NCBI GenBank assembly: GCA_964586735.1
Contig: CAZPIN010000242.1
Coordinates: 257 to 64,256 of the forward strand
Length of the DNA: 64,000 bases
Reading direction: 5' to 3'
Origin: an uncultured Rhodobacterales bacterium
GTDB taxonomy: Bacteria; Pseudomonadota; Alphaproteobacteria; Rhodobacterales; CAZPXZ01
Shown here: positions 45,281 to 55,010 of the stretch, piece after piece
Position numbering within the stretch: the first letter of the stretch is position 1
Layout of the letters: every line of letters begins with the position of its first letter
The notes under the pieces: model-generated
The model's input: only the letters and a program-made list of their open reading frames with translations
Databases searched by the model: none
What the model was told of the DNA's origin: nothing
Made by a program: the position numbers and the translations under genes

Positions 45281-46885
45281 CTAACTGCCGCCGCCGTCAT
45301 CCTCAACCACCTCGAAACCAGTGATCTTGCGCTTGCCCTTGCTAAACTCCACCTTCACCGCATAGACGGGCCTGTCCGTTCCCCGATACTTCTGCGCGTA
45401 TTCCATGTCCAGCGTCCGCTTCTCCTTCTTTGCCTCATCATCCTCATCACCGTCCGACAGGCTGAACTCAAACAGATACGCGTACGACGGTCCCGATACC
45501 GCCAAGTCGGTCCGGTCCCAGACATCGGTTTTCTCGGCGCACGCCATGAGGCCCGCTCCCGCGAAGCTGCTGTAGCAAATGCTCATAAAGTGCTTCTTGC
45601 ACCCCCTTTCATCCATATCCTCGTGCCACTTCTTTGGCAGGCTGGCCAAAATGCTTTGAAAATGCGCCTTCACTGCCGCAGTGTCGCCCTCCGACAGATA
45701 CCCGTGCAGCTGCCCGCCCTCCTCGATAAGCGTCTTTGCCGCTTTTGGCAGCATGGTTTCCAGCCGCAAGAGGCTGAGGTGCTGCCGCACCGCCCGGTTT
45801 GGAAAGTCAAGCCTGCTGTACCTGCTGCTGTACATGTCGTCATCGTCATCATCTTCCTCTATAGCCAGAGTCAGGTAACCCGCATGAAACAGCAGCGCCC
45901 GGTCATCCATACTGTCGAGGTCAATTGCCTCCATTTTAAATGCATCGGCAAGCGCGCTGCCCGTCATCACACTGTCGAGGCTTGCCGGATCATCCTTGCC
46001 CATCCGCAACACCACGTCCAGCGGATTCGGAGATCTCGCCTCGAACCACCACGGCCGGTACTCCCGCTTGTCAAGGAGGCACAGGATATCGTAGGGATTG
46101 TACAGCTTTTCCTTCCCTTGCCAATTGTAGCCGCTGTACCATTCGCGCATCTCCTCCCGGTCCAGGCCGTCCAGCTCCGGCGCGAAGGCTTCGCCGATTT
46201 CCTCTTCGGTAAATCCGAAGGCTGAAGAGTATTCTTTGTCCGTCGTAATGCCCTGCAAATTGTCATTGGTGGAAAAAATGCCCGACATGTGAAACCTGCT
46301 CCCGCCTATGAAGAAGCTGTAGTCAATGTCCTCCTGGGAAGACTTCGTCAGGGCATATATTCCGCTCAGCCCGCTCTTGTTCTCGGCGGCGATTTCCGGC
46401 GTACCAATTGTGTCAAGGATGGGCTTGTCGCACCCGTCCACCAGCAGCGCCACTCTCTTCCCGGTTTCGCTGTGCATCCTTCTAGCAAGTTCGCGCAGCC
46501 TGAACGAACAGCTTCTCTCTTTGGTTGTCACGCCGTACTGCCGCTCGATTTCGCCAATCTGCGCTTGCACCGTTTCCTCAAGGTCGTTCCTGCCCGCATA
46601 CTCCCTTTCGCTCAGGTCTAGATGCAGTACCGTATGCCGCTTAGACCAGTCCCACGTGCCGTGCAGCGCGAGGCCCCTGAACAGCTCCTCGTTGCCCTCA
46701 AGCGCCTCCTTCATCGTGTCGATGAACAGGCTCTTGCCGAATCTGGGCGGGCGCGCCAGTATGACGTACCTCATCCCCCTATTTATCAGCTCGTCGACGT
46801 AGGCGGTCTTGTCCACATAGTAGTATCCCCCCTCCCGAATTTCGCGGAATTTGCGGATACCTATTGGCAGCTTCTTGTTTTCCAT
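45281..46885 (-). CDS. AAA-ATPase-like (PF09820-type) protein with a C-terminal PD-(D/E)XK (DUF1703/PDDEXK_9-type) domain
   Basis: ATG 46885 follows the SD 'GGAGGG'. 'KKLPIGIRKFREIREGGYYYVDKTAYV', 'ILARPPRFGKSLFIDTM'; C-terminal 'DRTDLAVSGPSYAYLFEFSLSD'. Confidence 0.7.
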   Translation of the reverse strand: MENKKLPIGIRKFREIREGGYYYVDKTAYVDELINRGMRYVILARPPRFGKSLFIDTMKEALEGNEELFRGLALHGTWDWSKRHTVLHLDLSEREYAGRNDLEETVQAQIGEIERQYGVTTKERSCSFRLRELARRMHSETGKRVALLVDGCDKPILDTIGTPEIAAENKSGLSGIYALTKSSQEDIDYSFFIGGSRFHMSGIFSTNDNLQGITTDKEYSSAFGFTEEEIGEAFAPELDGLDREEMREWYSGYNWQGKEKLYNPYDILCLLDKREYRPWWFEARSPNPLDVVLRMGKDDPASLDSVMTGSALADAFKMEAIDLDSMDDRALLFHAGYLTLAIEEDDDDDDMYSSRYSRLDFPNRAVRQHLSLLRLETMLPKAAKTLIEEGGQLHGYLSEGDTAAVKAHFQSILASLPKKWHEDMDERGCKKHFMSICYSSFAGAGLMACAEKTDVWDRTDLAVSGPSYAYLFEFSLSDGDEDDEAKKEKRTLDMEYAQKYRGTDRPVYAVKVEFSKGKRKITGFEVVEDDGGGS

Positions 46886-47414
46886 GATCAGGCCCTCCAA
46901 GACCGGCGGCGAGACTCCTGTCCCGTCTGTCTGCGATGGTAGCTGCCTTCTTTCCAGCTGTCAAGCCCGGATCATGCTGGCGGTCTGACGAACACGCATC
47001 CCGGCCCGCGGATCAGGTTTCAGGCCCTCTGCCCCAAGCAGCCAGCCCCCACGGTTCTGCCCAAAGACGGCAGCGCAAGCCCGCTCGTCCCCTGTCTGTC
47101 ACCTGCCGCCTTCACTGTACCGCGTGCTGACGCCTCTTCCCTTCTGGCAGCCCCCTGCATCGTCATCTCGCGCAGTACATGGTCCAGCGACACACCCCAA
47201 AGCGCCCCGCCGCCGCACCCGTCCCGAAGACCTCTGCTGTGGCCGGCTTCCACGCCGCTTGCCCATCGCCAGCGGGCTGCGGTAGTATGGCGGGGCTTGG
47301 GCTTCTGGTGGGAGGCGCACGGCCTGGTCCGCGTCTTGCGCTGGCCCGTGTTCCGCCCTCACTTCAGCAAAGACTGAACTTTGCCCCGCAACCGTACTGA
47401 CTTGGTAGCACCGC

Positions 47415-47702
47415 ATGGCAGTAAGCGAAGACGATGTCAGGCGAATCGCCCGTCTGGCTAGAATCGATGTGCCGGAGGACGACGTGGCCTCCCTCTCCTC
47501 CGAGCTCTCCTCCATACTCGGCTGGGTGGAGCAGCTGGCCGAGGCTGACGTCGATGGCGTCGTCCCCATGGCGTCGGCCGCCGACCTGACCCTGCCCCTG
47601 CGCGATGACGAGGCGACCAGCGGCACGCGGCGGGAGGACATACTCGCCAACGCGCCGGATGCCCGGGACGGCTACTTCGCCGTGCCAAAGGTGATCGAGT
47701 AG
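47415..47702 (+). CDS. gatC: Asp/Glu-tRNA amidotransferase subunit C
   Basis: 'VRRIARLARIDVPEDDVASLSSELSSILGWVEQL'. Confidence 0.9.
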   Translation: MAVSEDDVRRIARLARIDVPEDDVASLSSELSSILGWVEQLAEADVDGVVPMASAADLTLPLRDDEATSGTRREDILANAPDARDGYFAVPKVIE

Positions 47703-47705
47703 TCC

Positions 47706-49187
47706 ATGGCCTCCCTCGACACCATCGACGGAATCGGCAAGGCGCTTCGCGCTGGAGACATCTCTCCGCGGGAGCTGGCCGAGCGGCATATCGCAAAGGC
47801 GGAGTCCGTCGCCCCGCTCAATGCCTTCACAAGCATCGCCGCCGACCGGGCGCTTGCCATGGCGGATGAAGCCGCCAGCAGGCTGGCGGCGGGCGGCAGT
47901 TCGCCGCTGCTTGGCGTGCCGGTTGCCGTCAAGGACCTCTTCTGCACCCGCGGCGTACGTTCTCAAGCCTGTTCGCGGATTCTGGAGGGCTTCCTGCCCA
48001 CCTACGAATCCACCGTCACCCGGCAGCTGTGGGAATCGGGCGCCGTGCTTCTGGGCAAGACCAACATGGACGAATTCGCCATGGGGTCCTCCACCGAAAC
48101 CAGCGCCGACGGCGCCTGCGTCAATCCATGGCGGCTGGAGGGCGGCGCGCCCCTCAGCCCGGGCGGGTCGTCGGGAGGCTCGGCCGTCGCCGTGGCCGCG
48201 GGCGCCGTGCCGGCTGCGCTGGGCACGGATACAGGCGGCTCGATCCGGCAGCCCGCCTCGCTCACCGGCTGCGTCGGCGTCAAGCCCACCTACGGCCGGT
48301 GTTCACGCTGGGGCATCATCGCGTTCGCCTCGTCGCTGGACCAGGCCGGGCCGTTCGCCCGCTCTGTGCGCGACGCCGCCATCACTCTTGAGGCCATCTC
48401 CGGACACGACCCGGCCGACTCCACCAGCGCGCCAAGACCAGTGCCAAAATTCTCCGACGCCATTGAAAACAGCGTGCGCGGCAAGCGGGTTGGCATTCCC
48501 GCCGAGTACCAGGTTGACGGCATGCCAGCCGAGGCCCGCCTTCTCTGGGAGCAGGCCGCCTTATGGCTGCAGGATGCTGGCGTAGAGACCGTCGAGGTGT
48601 CCCTGCCCCACACGTCCTACGCGCTGCCCACCTACTACATCATCGCGCCGGCGGAAGCCTCCTCCAATCTCGCCCGCTACGACGGGGTGCGCTATGGCAG
48701 GCGGGCCGAGGGCGACGGCGGCGTGGTCGAGATGTACAGCCGCACCCGCGGCGAGGGGTTCGGCGCGGAGGTTCGGCGGCGGGTGCTGATCGGCACCTAT
48801 GTGCTATCGGAGGGCTACTACGACGCCTACTACCTGCGCGCCCAGCGTGTGCGGAAGCTGATCCGCGAGGATTTCGAGCGGTGCTTCGACGAAGGTGTGC
48901 ACGCGATGCTCACGCCAACCACTCCCGGTCCGGCGTTTCCGGTGGGCGAAAATGCCGAAGATCCCATCGCCATGTACCTGAACGACGTCTTCACGGTGAC
49001 CGCCAATCTAGCAGGGCTGCCGGCAGTCTCCGTACCCGCCTCGCTGGCCGGGCAATCTGCCGGATTGCCTCTGGGCATCCAGCTGATCGGGCGCCCGTGG
49101 GAGGAGGAGACGATGCTGGCCCTCGCGGCGAAAATCGAAGAAGCGACCGGTCCCCGGCCGCAGCCTCAGCGATGGTGGGAATCATGA
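47706..49187 (+). CDS. gatA: Asp/Glu-tRNA amidotransferase subunit A
   Basis: Amidase signature '[14 protein letters not shown]', '[12 protein letters not shown]'. Confidence 0.95.
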   Translation: MASLDTIDGIGKALRAGDISPRELAERHIAKAESVAPLNAFTSIAADRALAMADEAASRLAAGGSSPLLGVPVAVKDLFCTRGVRSQACSRILEGFLPTYESTVTRQLWESGAVLLGKTNMDEFAMGSSTETSADGACVNPWRLEGGAPLSPGGSSGGSAVAVAAGAVPAALGTDTGGSIRQPASLTGCVGVKPTYGRCSRWGIIAFASSLDQAGPFARSVRDAAITLEAISGHDPADSTSAPRPVPKFSDAIENSVRGKRVGIPAEYQVDGMPAEARLLWEQAALWLQDAGVETVEVSLPHTSYALPTYYIIAPAEASSNLARYDGVRYGRRAEGDGGVVEMYSRTRGEGFGAEVRRRVLIGTYVLSEGYYDAYYLRAQRVRKLIREDFERCFDEGVHAMLTPTTPGPAFPVGENAEDPIAMYLNDVFTVTANLAGLPAVSVPASLAGQSAGLPLGIQLIGRPWEEETMLALAAKIEEATGPRPQPQRWWES

Positions 49188-50662
49188 GCGGCGGGCAGAC
49201 AGCCGAGGCGCCGCGACTGCAAGGCAGCGACGGAGAGTGGGAGATGGTGATCGGGCTGGAGGTGCATGCCCAGGTCAAGTCCGCGTCGAAGCTGTTTTCG
49301 AACGCAGCCACGGAATTCGGGGCCGAGCCCAACGCGCAGGTGTCTCTGGTGGACGCGGCGATGCCGGGGATGCTGCCGGTGCTGAACCGCTTCTGCGTCG
49401 AGCAGGCGGTCCGCAGCGCAATCGGACTGGGGTGCGAGGTGCAGCAGCGCTCCGTTTTTGACCGCAAGAACTACTTCTACCCGGACCTGCCGCAGGGCTA
49501 CCAGATCAGCCAGTACTCGGACCCCATCGCCACGGGAGGAGAAGTGCTGGTTGAAACGGACGCCGGATCGCGCCTGGTGCGGCTTGTCCGGCTGCATCTG
49601 GAGCAGGACGCGGGCAAGTCGATGCATGACCAGACGCCCGGAGCGACCCTCGTCGACCTCAACCGCACGGGCGTGGCCCTGATGGAGATCGTCTCGGAAC
49701 CCGACATGCGGTCCGCCGAAGAGGCTGGGGCGTTCGTGCGCAAGCTGCGGTCCATACTGCGCTATCTGGGAACCTGCGACGGCAACATGGAGGAAGGATC
49801 GCTGCGCGCCGACGTCAACGTGTCGGTGCGCCGCCCGGGCGAGTCCTACGGCACCCGCTGCGAGGTCAAGAACCTGAATTCGGCGCGCTTCCTCCAGCAG
49901 GCGATTCGCTTCGAGGCCGAGCGGCAGATTCAGATCATCGAGGACGGCGGAACCGTGGAGCAGGAAACGCGGCTGTTTGACACTGGGTCCGGCCAGACCC
50001 GCTCCATGCGATCGAAGGAGGACGCTCAGGACTACCGGTACTTCCCCGACCCCGACCTGCTGCCGCTGGTGCTTGAGAAGAGCTGGATCGAGGAGATCCG
50101 CGAATCGCTGGTGGAGCTGCCGGACGCCCGACGGGAAAGGTTTGTGTCGGACTACGGACTGTCCCAGGCTGACGCCGCGGTGCTGGTGGAGGAGCGGGCC
50201 ACGGCGGAGTACTACGAGCGGGCGGCGAAGGGACGGGATCCGCTGCGGGTCGCCAACTGGATACTGCATGAGCTGTTTGCCTACCTGAACAAGGACAAGG
50301 TGGCCATCGAGGACTGCCCCGTAACGTCCGAGTATCTGGGCCAGCTGGTGGACCTGGTGGAGAACGAAACCGTATCCGGCAAGATCGCCAAGCAGGTTCT
50401 GGAGAAGGTGTGGAGCGACGGCGCAGCGCCCGCCGACATCGTCGAGCGGGAAGGTCTTGCCCAGGTCACCGATACAGGCGCCATCGAGGAGGCGGTGGAC
50501 CGGGTGATCGAGGCCAATCCAGAGGAAGTGGAGCGCGCCCGCAAGAAGCCCAGCCTGGCGGGATGGTTTGTCGGCCAGGTCATGAAGGAGACGCAGGGGC
50601 GCGCTGACCCCAAGCAGGTCAATGCCCTTGTGCGGGCGAAGCTGGGGCTGGGCGACTCCTGA
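49184..50662 (+). CDS. gatB: Asp/Glu-tRNA amidotransferase subunit B
   Basis: ATGA overlap with gatA. '[13 protein letters not shown]', '[15 protein letters not shown]'. Confidence 0.95.
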   Translation: MSGGQTAEAPRLQGSDGEWEMVIGLEVHAQVKSASKLFSNAATEFGAEPNAQVSLVDAAMPGMLPVLNRFCVEQAVRSAIGLGCEVQQRSVFDRKNYFYPDLPQGYQISQYSDPIATGGEVLVETDAGSRLVRLVRLHLEQDAGKSMHDQTPGATLVDLNRTGVALMEIVSEPDMRSAEEAGAFVRKLRSILRYLGTCDGNMEEGSLRADVNVSVRRPGESYGTRCEVKNLNSARFLQQAIRFEAERQIQIIEDGGTVEQETRLFDTGSGQTRSMRSKEDAQDYRYFPDPDLLPLVLEKSWIEEIRESLVELPDARRERFVSDYGLSQADAAVLVEERATAEYYERAAKGRDPLRVANWILHELFAYLNKDKVAIEDCPVTSEYLGQLVDLVENETVSGKIAKQVLEKVWSDGAAPADIVEREGLAQVTDTGAIEEAVDRVIEANPEEVERARKKPSLAGWFVGQVMKETQGRADPKQVNALVRAKLGLGDS

Positions 50663-50927
50663 CTTCCTCCGTCGTGCGGAGGTCCAGCGACAGCGCGTGG
50701 ACCGATTCCGCCAGCTCGTCGGCAAGCGCGTAATGCACCAGCCGGTGGCGCTCGATGCGCGACAGACCCTCGAACCGGTCCGACACGATGCCAACGCGAA
50801 AGTGCGTGCCGCCACCCTCGCGCCAGCCGGCATGGCCGCGGTGAAGGTCGCTCTCGTCGACCACGTCCAGACTGGAGTACGGGAAGGCCCTAGCCAGTCT
50901 GGCCTCTATCTCTTGCTTGGTAGCCAT
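50619..50927 (-). CDS. bolA: BolA-family protein
   Basis: '[17 protein letters not shown]....[27 protein letters not shown]'. Its 3' end overlaps gatB convergently by 44 nt as drawn. Confidence 0.8.
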   Translation of the reverse strand: MATKQEIEARLARAFPYSSLDVVDESDLHRGHAGWREGGGTHFRVGIVSDRFEGLSRIERHRLVHYALADELAESVHALSLDLRTTEEVRSRPAPASPAQGH

Positions 50928-51105
50928 TGATACACTCCTGCTTGAGTCTGGCGTAGCGTGCTAAGCTACAGCCGCGTCTGCCCTTTGTTTTGGCGGTGCA
51001 CTCGACTATAGCACGGGAGGATGCTCTGCTGACGCTGCTGGGAATCCCGCTTTGTATCAATTTGTCAGAGACAGAGTCTTGGCGCAGCCGTCTTGGCGAG
51101 CCCGG

Positions 51106-52068
51106 CTAGTCAGCTGATTCGCGGCCTTTGCCTGCAACCGTCGCCAAAGTCTCTTCGGCCATCTGGTTCAATTGTAGCAGCCGCTGCTGCATCTCCTCGG
51201 GAAGCTCGCGCCAGGTGGGAGCTGACTTCTGCATGGAAACGATCGCTACGATATTGTTGCACAGCTCCGGCAGATAGCTTGAGAACCCAGGGCGCTTGCT
51301 TGTGATCGCTTTAAGCACTAGTCTATAGAAGCCCATTACTCCATAAAGGCGCGTTAGGGATTCATCAAGGGGCTCGATGAGAGTGATTCCGTAGTCAGCA
51401 ACGTGATGGTCTGATGAACGACCGTTGAATGACTCGATGATCTTGATCCAGGGATGGTGGGGATGCTCTTTGCGAATCGCGTCCGCCAGCTTGAGTACCT
51501 TGTGAGTACGGGAGGGATCGATGCAAAGATGAAGGAGCGCTGCCTTGGACAGGCGTTCGGCAGCATACTGCGTAAACGCGCACAGAGTGTTTCTTCCTTG
51601 CGTGGTATCCACTCTCTTTATCGTCAACAGCTGGCTGGCGGCCATGGTGATGTGGTCTGCAGCCACCTCAAGCCCGTTCGCCATCTCGGGATATGAAACA
51701 GTTAACTTCTTTTGTGAATCAGGAGTAACCCACTCCCCTGCCAGCAATACGCCGTCCTTGACCACAGAACGCTCCAGTGTGCCCAGCCGGTTGCATCGCT
51801 CGGTCAGCTGTCTAGGGCTAAACGAAACGAAGTTGACTGTGGACAGTATAGGTGCAGTCCGCAGTACCTCCTTCATATACCGCTTCGGCGCCAGCAGCGC
51901 AACATCCCAGTCGCTGTCGCTTCGGGCGGTGCCGCGGGCACGCGAACCAAACAGAATCACCGCCTGCACTAAGGGCATACCGGCGAAGATTCGCTTCGCA
52001 AGCCGTCGCATGTCCGGCATACCCTTAGGATCTCCTGTCCATACGGGTGCAACCGCTTGGTACTGCAT
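51106..52068 (-). CDS. Fused minimal nucleotidyltransferase (MNT) + HEPN domain protein
   Basis: ATG 52068 follows the SD 'GGAGAG'. NTase motif 'VILFGSRARGTARSDSDWDVALL'. The C-terminal half has Rx4H 'GRSSDHHVADYG'. Confidence 0.7.
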   Translation of the reverse strand: MQYQAVAPVWTGDPKGMPDMRRLAKRIFAGMPLVQAVILFGSRARGTARSDSDWDVALLAPKRYMKEVLRTAPILSTVNFVSFSPRQLTERCNRLGTLERSVVKDGVLLAGEWVTPDSQKKLTVSYPEMANGLEVAADHITMAASQLLTIKRVDTTQGRNTLCAFTQYAAERLSKAALLHLCIDPSRTHKVLKLADAIRKEHPHHPWIKIIESFNGRSSDHHVADYGITLIEPLDESLTRLYGVMGFYRLVLKAITSKRPGFSSYLPELCNNIVAIVSMQKSAPTWRELPEEMQQRLLQLNQMAEETLATVAGKGRESAD

Positions 52069-52485
52069 GACGGTCTCTCCAGCTCCCGCAGCCTCTTCTC
52101 CCACCTAATGTACTCAGTAGATTCTTCCTGTCAATGCTTGTAATGATAGTCATACTGTGGTACTGGCCTCTCAGAAGTAGAGAGCAGGTCCCACACTTTT
52201 AGGCGAAACAGACAAGAGTGCACTTCAATGACGGAACTTCCCCATAGGTTCACAGTCATCTGACCGGATGGAGGGAAAGAACAGCCGCCTAGTTGAAAGG
52301 AATGCCGCCAATACATGAGAGCGCTCAACAGCTGCGATGTGTATGTTTTTGACATGCATTCCTTCATTTTAGGCCGCAATGTGCGTCTACCATCCATTTT
52401 CAACCCATTCCATGCGCCCCATCATATTTTTTGAATCTTTTCATGCCGCATTATCGCGCCAAAACGGTATTATTTTCTTTCATTG

Positions 52486-52525
52486 GCGATTATTATCAAT
52501 TATTAGCGATTATTAGCATTTATTA
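52486..52525 (+). repeat. Four TATTA tracts at exact 10-bp phasing in an AT-rich spacer
   Basis: TATTA at 52491, 52501, 52511 and 52521 ('gcgatTATTAtcaatTATTAgcgatTATTAgcattTATTAtcc'). Confidence 0.6.
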
Positions 52526-52791
52526 TCCATCTCCCTTTATCGGCCGACTATGCCGCAATCTGCAGATACTGTTCTGTTTTAGGTTATGTATAGCTTATTT
52601 TCGCCCCATGTGCTCCTTTTCATTGCATTCTTTCGATTTCTCCAGATCTAGACGAGGTAGACCGGTGCTTCGGAGCAGGCCACCCGGACGCACACGATAC
52701 CCGGGCGAGGCCAGTGGTTGGAGGGGGGGCACTCCTTGCACCTCCTCAATCCCCATCCATCGGGGACGATGCCTAAAGCCGCCATTCCAAA

Positions 52792-53784
52792 TTAACTTTC
52801 ATCGCTGTCGTCAAAGTAGCTCTCGTCAATTATCATTTTCCAATACGCAGTCACATCACGTACACCTATTTTGTTTTCCCTCATTAACCGAGCCAACTTT
52901 GCACCATCGATGAGGGCAATGTACTTGTTTGTCACTTCTCTCACGACTGTTTTGGCACTGTCTGTAAACTTTGATGTTGTGACGAATACCCCTTTACTGG
53001 CTCCCCGCTGGTCCATAGCCCCAATAAAACTTTGTATGGTATCTGGCCCTACGCCCCTATCTTCATTGTAGCGCTTCGCCTGAATGAGTATTTTTTCTAG
53101 ACCAAGGGAATCCTCTTCAATCACTCCGTCGATTCCACCGTCTCCCGTTAACCTTGTTGGATATCCCCGCTCTGGATTCCCATCGCCATAACCGAGCCTT
53201 ATCAGTAGGTCTACTACCAATCGCTCCAGCACCGAATAATCAGATTGCATCACCAAGTCAAGTAGTTCTCTTTCCAGCGTTCTATTATAATATTCTACTG
53301 CTTTCTCCAGCAATAGAAGCGGATCTTCTTCTGCATCGTTCACAGTATCTACTCTGTCACCTTCTGCGTTCGCACTGATTCTCGATACCCTACTAGACGC
53401 TGTTATCTCGTTTTGCCACAACACATAGGATGGATAGCCCCGCAACAGCTCCTTGTCAATTTTCTCTGGCTCAGCCATCAGGAGTTTCTCCCCTTCTTCA
53501 AGTATTTTGTATTTTCCGTGCCCTACACGTTTTATTAGCTCTGCTTTGAGCATTCCGTGAACCGCCCAGCTAACTCGTTGTATAAATTCTGTAATTCTTC
53601 CACTTGGTATGAGAATTGTGGTTTCTTCCTTTGTCAAGCCCAACTGGTCCTTAATCCAATCACGAAGTCTTCGGATGTGAACACCTTCGCTTGCGTTCTC
53701 AGACTTTTGATCAAGTACCTGCAAACCCTTCAGGGCAGGTAGCATATAATCCTCGAAGCTACGACGCACAGGCGCATGCTTCAC
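52792..53784 (-). CDS. mrr: Mrr-type (type IV, modification-dependent) restriction endonuclease
   Basis: Mrr_N-like 'SFEDYMLPALKGL...LTKEETTILIPSGRITEFIQRVSWAVHGMLKAELI', then the catalytic 'GDGGIDGVIEEDSLGLEKILIQAKRY'. The ORF extends to 53916. GTG 53784 is my preferred start, and this is uncertain. Confidence 0.8.
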   Translation of the reverse strand: MKHAPVRRSFEDYMLPALKGLQVLDQKSENASEGVHIRRLRDWIKDQLGLTKEETTILIPSGRITEFIQRVSWAVHGMLKAELIKRVGHGKYKILEEGEKLLMAEPEKIDKELLRGYPSYVLWQNEITASSRVSRISANAEGDRVDTVNDAEEDPLLLLEKAVEYYNRTLERELLDLVMQSDYSVLERLVVDLLIRLGYGDGNPERGYPTRLTGDGGIDGVIEEDSLGLEKILIQAKRYNEDRGVGPDTIQSFIGAMDQRGASKGVFVTTSKFTDSAKTVVREVTNKYIALIDGAKLARLMRENKIGVRDVTAYWKMIIDESYFDDSDES

Positions 53785-54074
53785 TGAAGCAACTTCCTCA
53801 TTTGTTTCACCTTCAACTTCGACGTTGTTTCCATCCTTTTCCCAATTCAGTGGTTTCGCCGTTAGTCCGAATCGGACACTTGTCTCATACCTGCATTGAT
53901 TGTGGGAGCATAGCACAAACCGGAACCCGAGTCAAGCGGTGCGCGTACGCACCAAACATGTAGAGTACCGCTAGATTTTCCACAGATTGCATAGGGTGCC
54001 CGCCACATTGTCGCCATATTTCAGCCACCGCCCGGTGGCTCACATTTCTATCAGGTTCGCTGCACATGTCGCCT

Positions 54075-54102
54075 TTGCACCTCTATCTCGGTGTGCTATA
54101 CT
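54075..54102 (+). promoter_or_regulatory. Sigma70-like promoter candidate for the DUF4236 gene
   Basis: TTGCAC, a 16-nt spacer, then TATACT. Confidence 0.35.
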
Positions 54103-54144
54103 GGCCCCACCTCCACCAGCGGCAGTCGCACAGGAGCCAATGGC

Positions 54145-54765
54145 ATGTTCGGTTTCGGCAGGAAAGACGAGCACGGGCAGCAGGTGCGCCTAGAGCACCG
54201 CGGCAAGCATATCCGCCTGTCGCGCACCGGCGACCCTGCCCTGCGCGTCCAAGGCAAGGTCCTCGGCGTCAACGCCACCGCCAACACCACCCATGGAATC
54301 CGCCTCTCTGCGCGCATCGCCAAGGGAGCGCGGGTGGCCCTGCAGAACGGCAAGTTCCGCCTGATCGGCCGCTGGCGCTCCGGGCCGCTGGCCTTCAACC
54401 TCTCCAAGTCCGGCGTGTCGGCCTCGGTCAAGAACGAGGTCGGCACCATCAACCTGCTCAAGCCGCAGTACTCCTCCTACAAGGCGGCGGGCATCCAGTT
54501 TCGCGGCAAGAAGGCGCTCTACGGCCACATGGCCTACGCCGCGATCAAGCTTATCTTCGCGCTTGCCGTTCTGGCCATCGCCCTGATTGGTATCGTGCTG
54601 TGGGCCTTGGCCTTCCTTTGCCTGTTCATCTGGGACTTCTTCGCCGGCATGATCAGCCGCAGCGAGGAGGAGGAAACCGTGATTGACGTGACCGAGACAG
54701 CCGAGGTCTCATCCCCTGCGGACAGCAAAGCGGAGTCCACCGCCCAGGCCAGCGAGACCCTGTAG
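54145..54765 (+). CDS. DUF4236-like membrane-anchored protein
   Basis: ATG 54145 follows the SD 'AGGAG'. 'FNLSKSGVSASVKNEVGTINL' is DUF4236-like. TM segment 'LIFALAVLAIALIGIVLWALAFLCLFIW'. Confidence 0.6.
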   Translation: MFGFGRKDEHGQQVRLEHRGKHIRLSRTGDPALRVQGKVLGVNATANTTHGIRLSARIAKGARVALQNGKFRLIGRWRSGPLAFNLSKSGVSASVKNEVGTINLLKPQYSSYKAAGIQFRGKKALYGHMAYAAIKLIFALAVLAIALIGIVLWALAFLCLFIWDFFAGMISRSEEEETVIDVTETAEVSSPADSKAESTAQASETL

Positions 54766-55010
54766 GCAAGGCTCCACCCTGCGTCCCTGACATTCCCGCA
54801 GGATGCCTGGCAGCCCGCCCCGATGCGCCAGCCGTCCGTCACCCCGGCCCTTCTGCCATTGCGACCCGTCGTGCCCGCCTGTCAGATACGTGCTACGCTA
54901 TCCACGCTGAAAAACCGGCGGCATGACCGCTAAGGAGACGGAGACTGACCTGCTGCTTGACCATCCCGCCCCGCTGGCGGGAGGCGGAGGGTGGAGGTCA
55001 AGGTGACAAG

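Noticed and set aside
50619-50662. A 44-nt convergent overlap of gatB and bolA, and similarly of cobT and the small membrane ORF at 58530-58570.
   Set aside because: This is most likely the benign result of non-conserved C-terminal tails or slightly wrong stop-proximal frames. Nothing in the sequence suggests antisense regulation.
52131-52403. A 90-aa minus-strand ORF just upstream of the MNT-HEPN gene, a possible third islet gene.
   Set aside because: Its composition (W/C/H-rich, no SD at either candidate ATG, AT-rich context) looks non-coding. I keep it only as a note.
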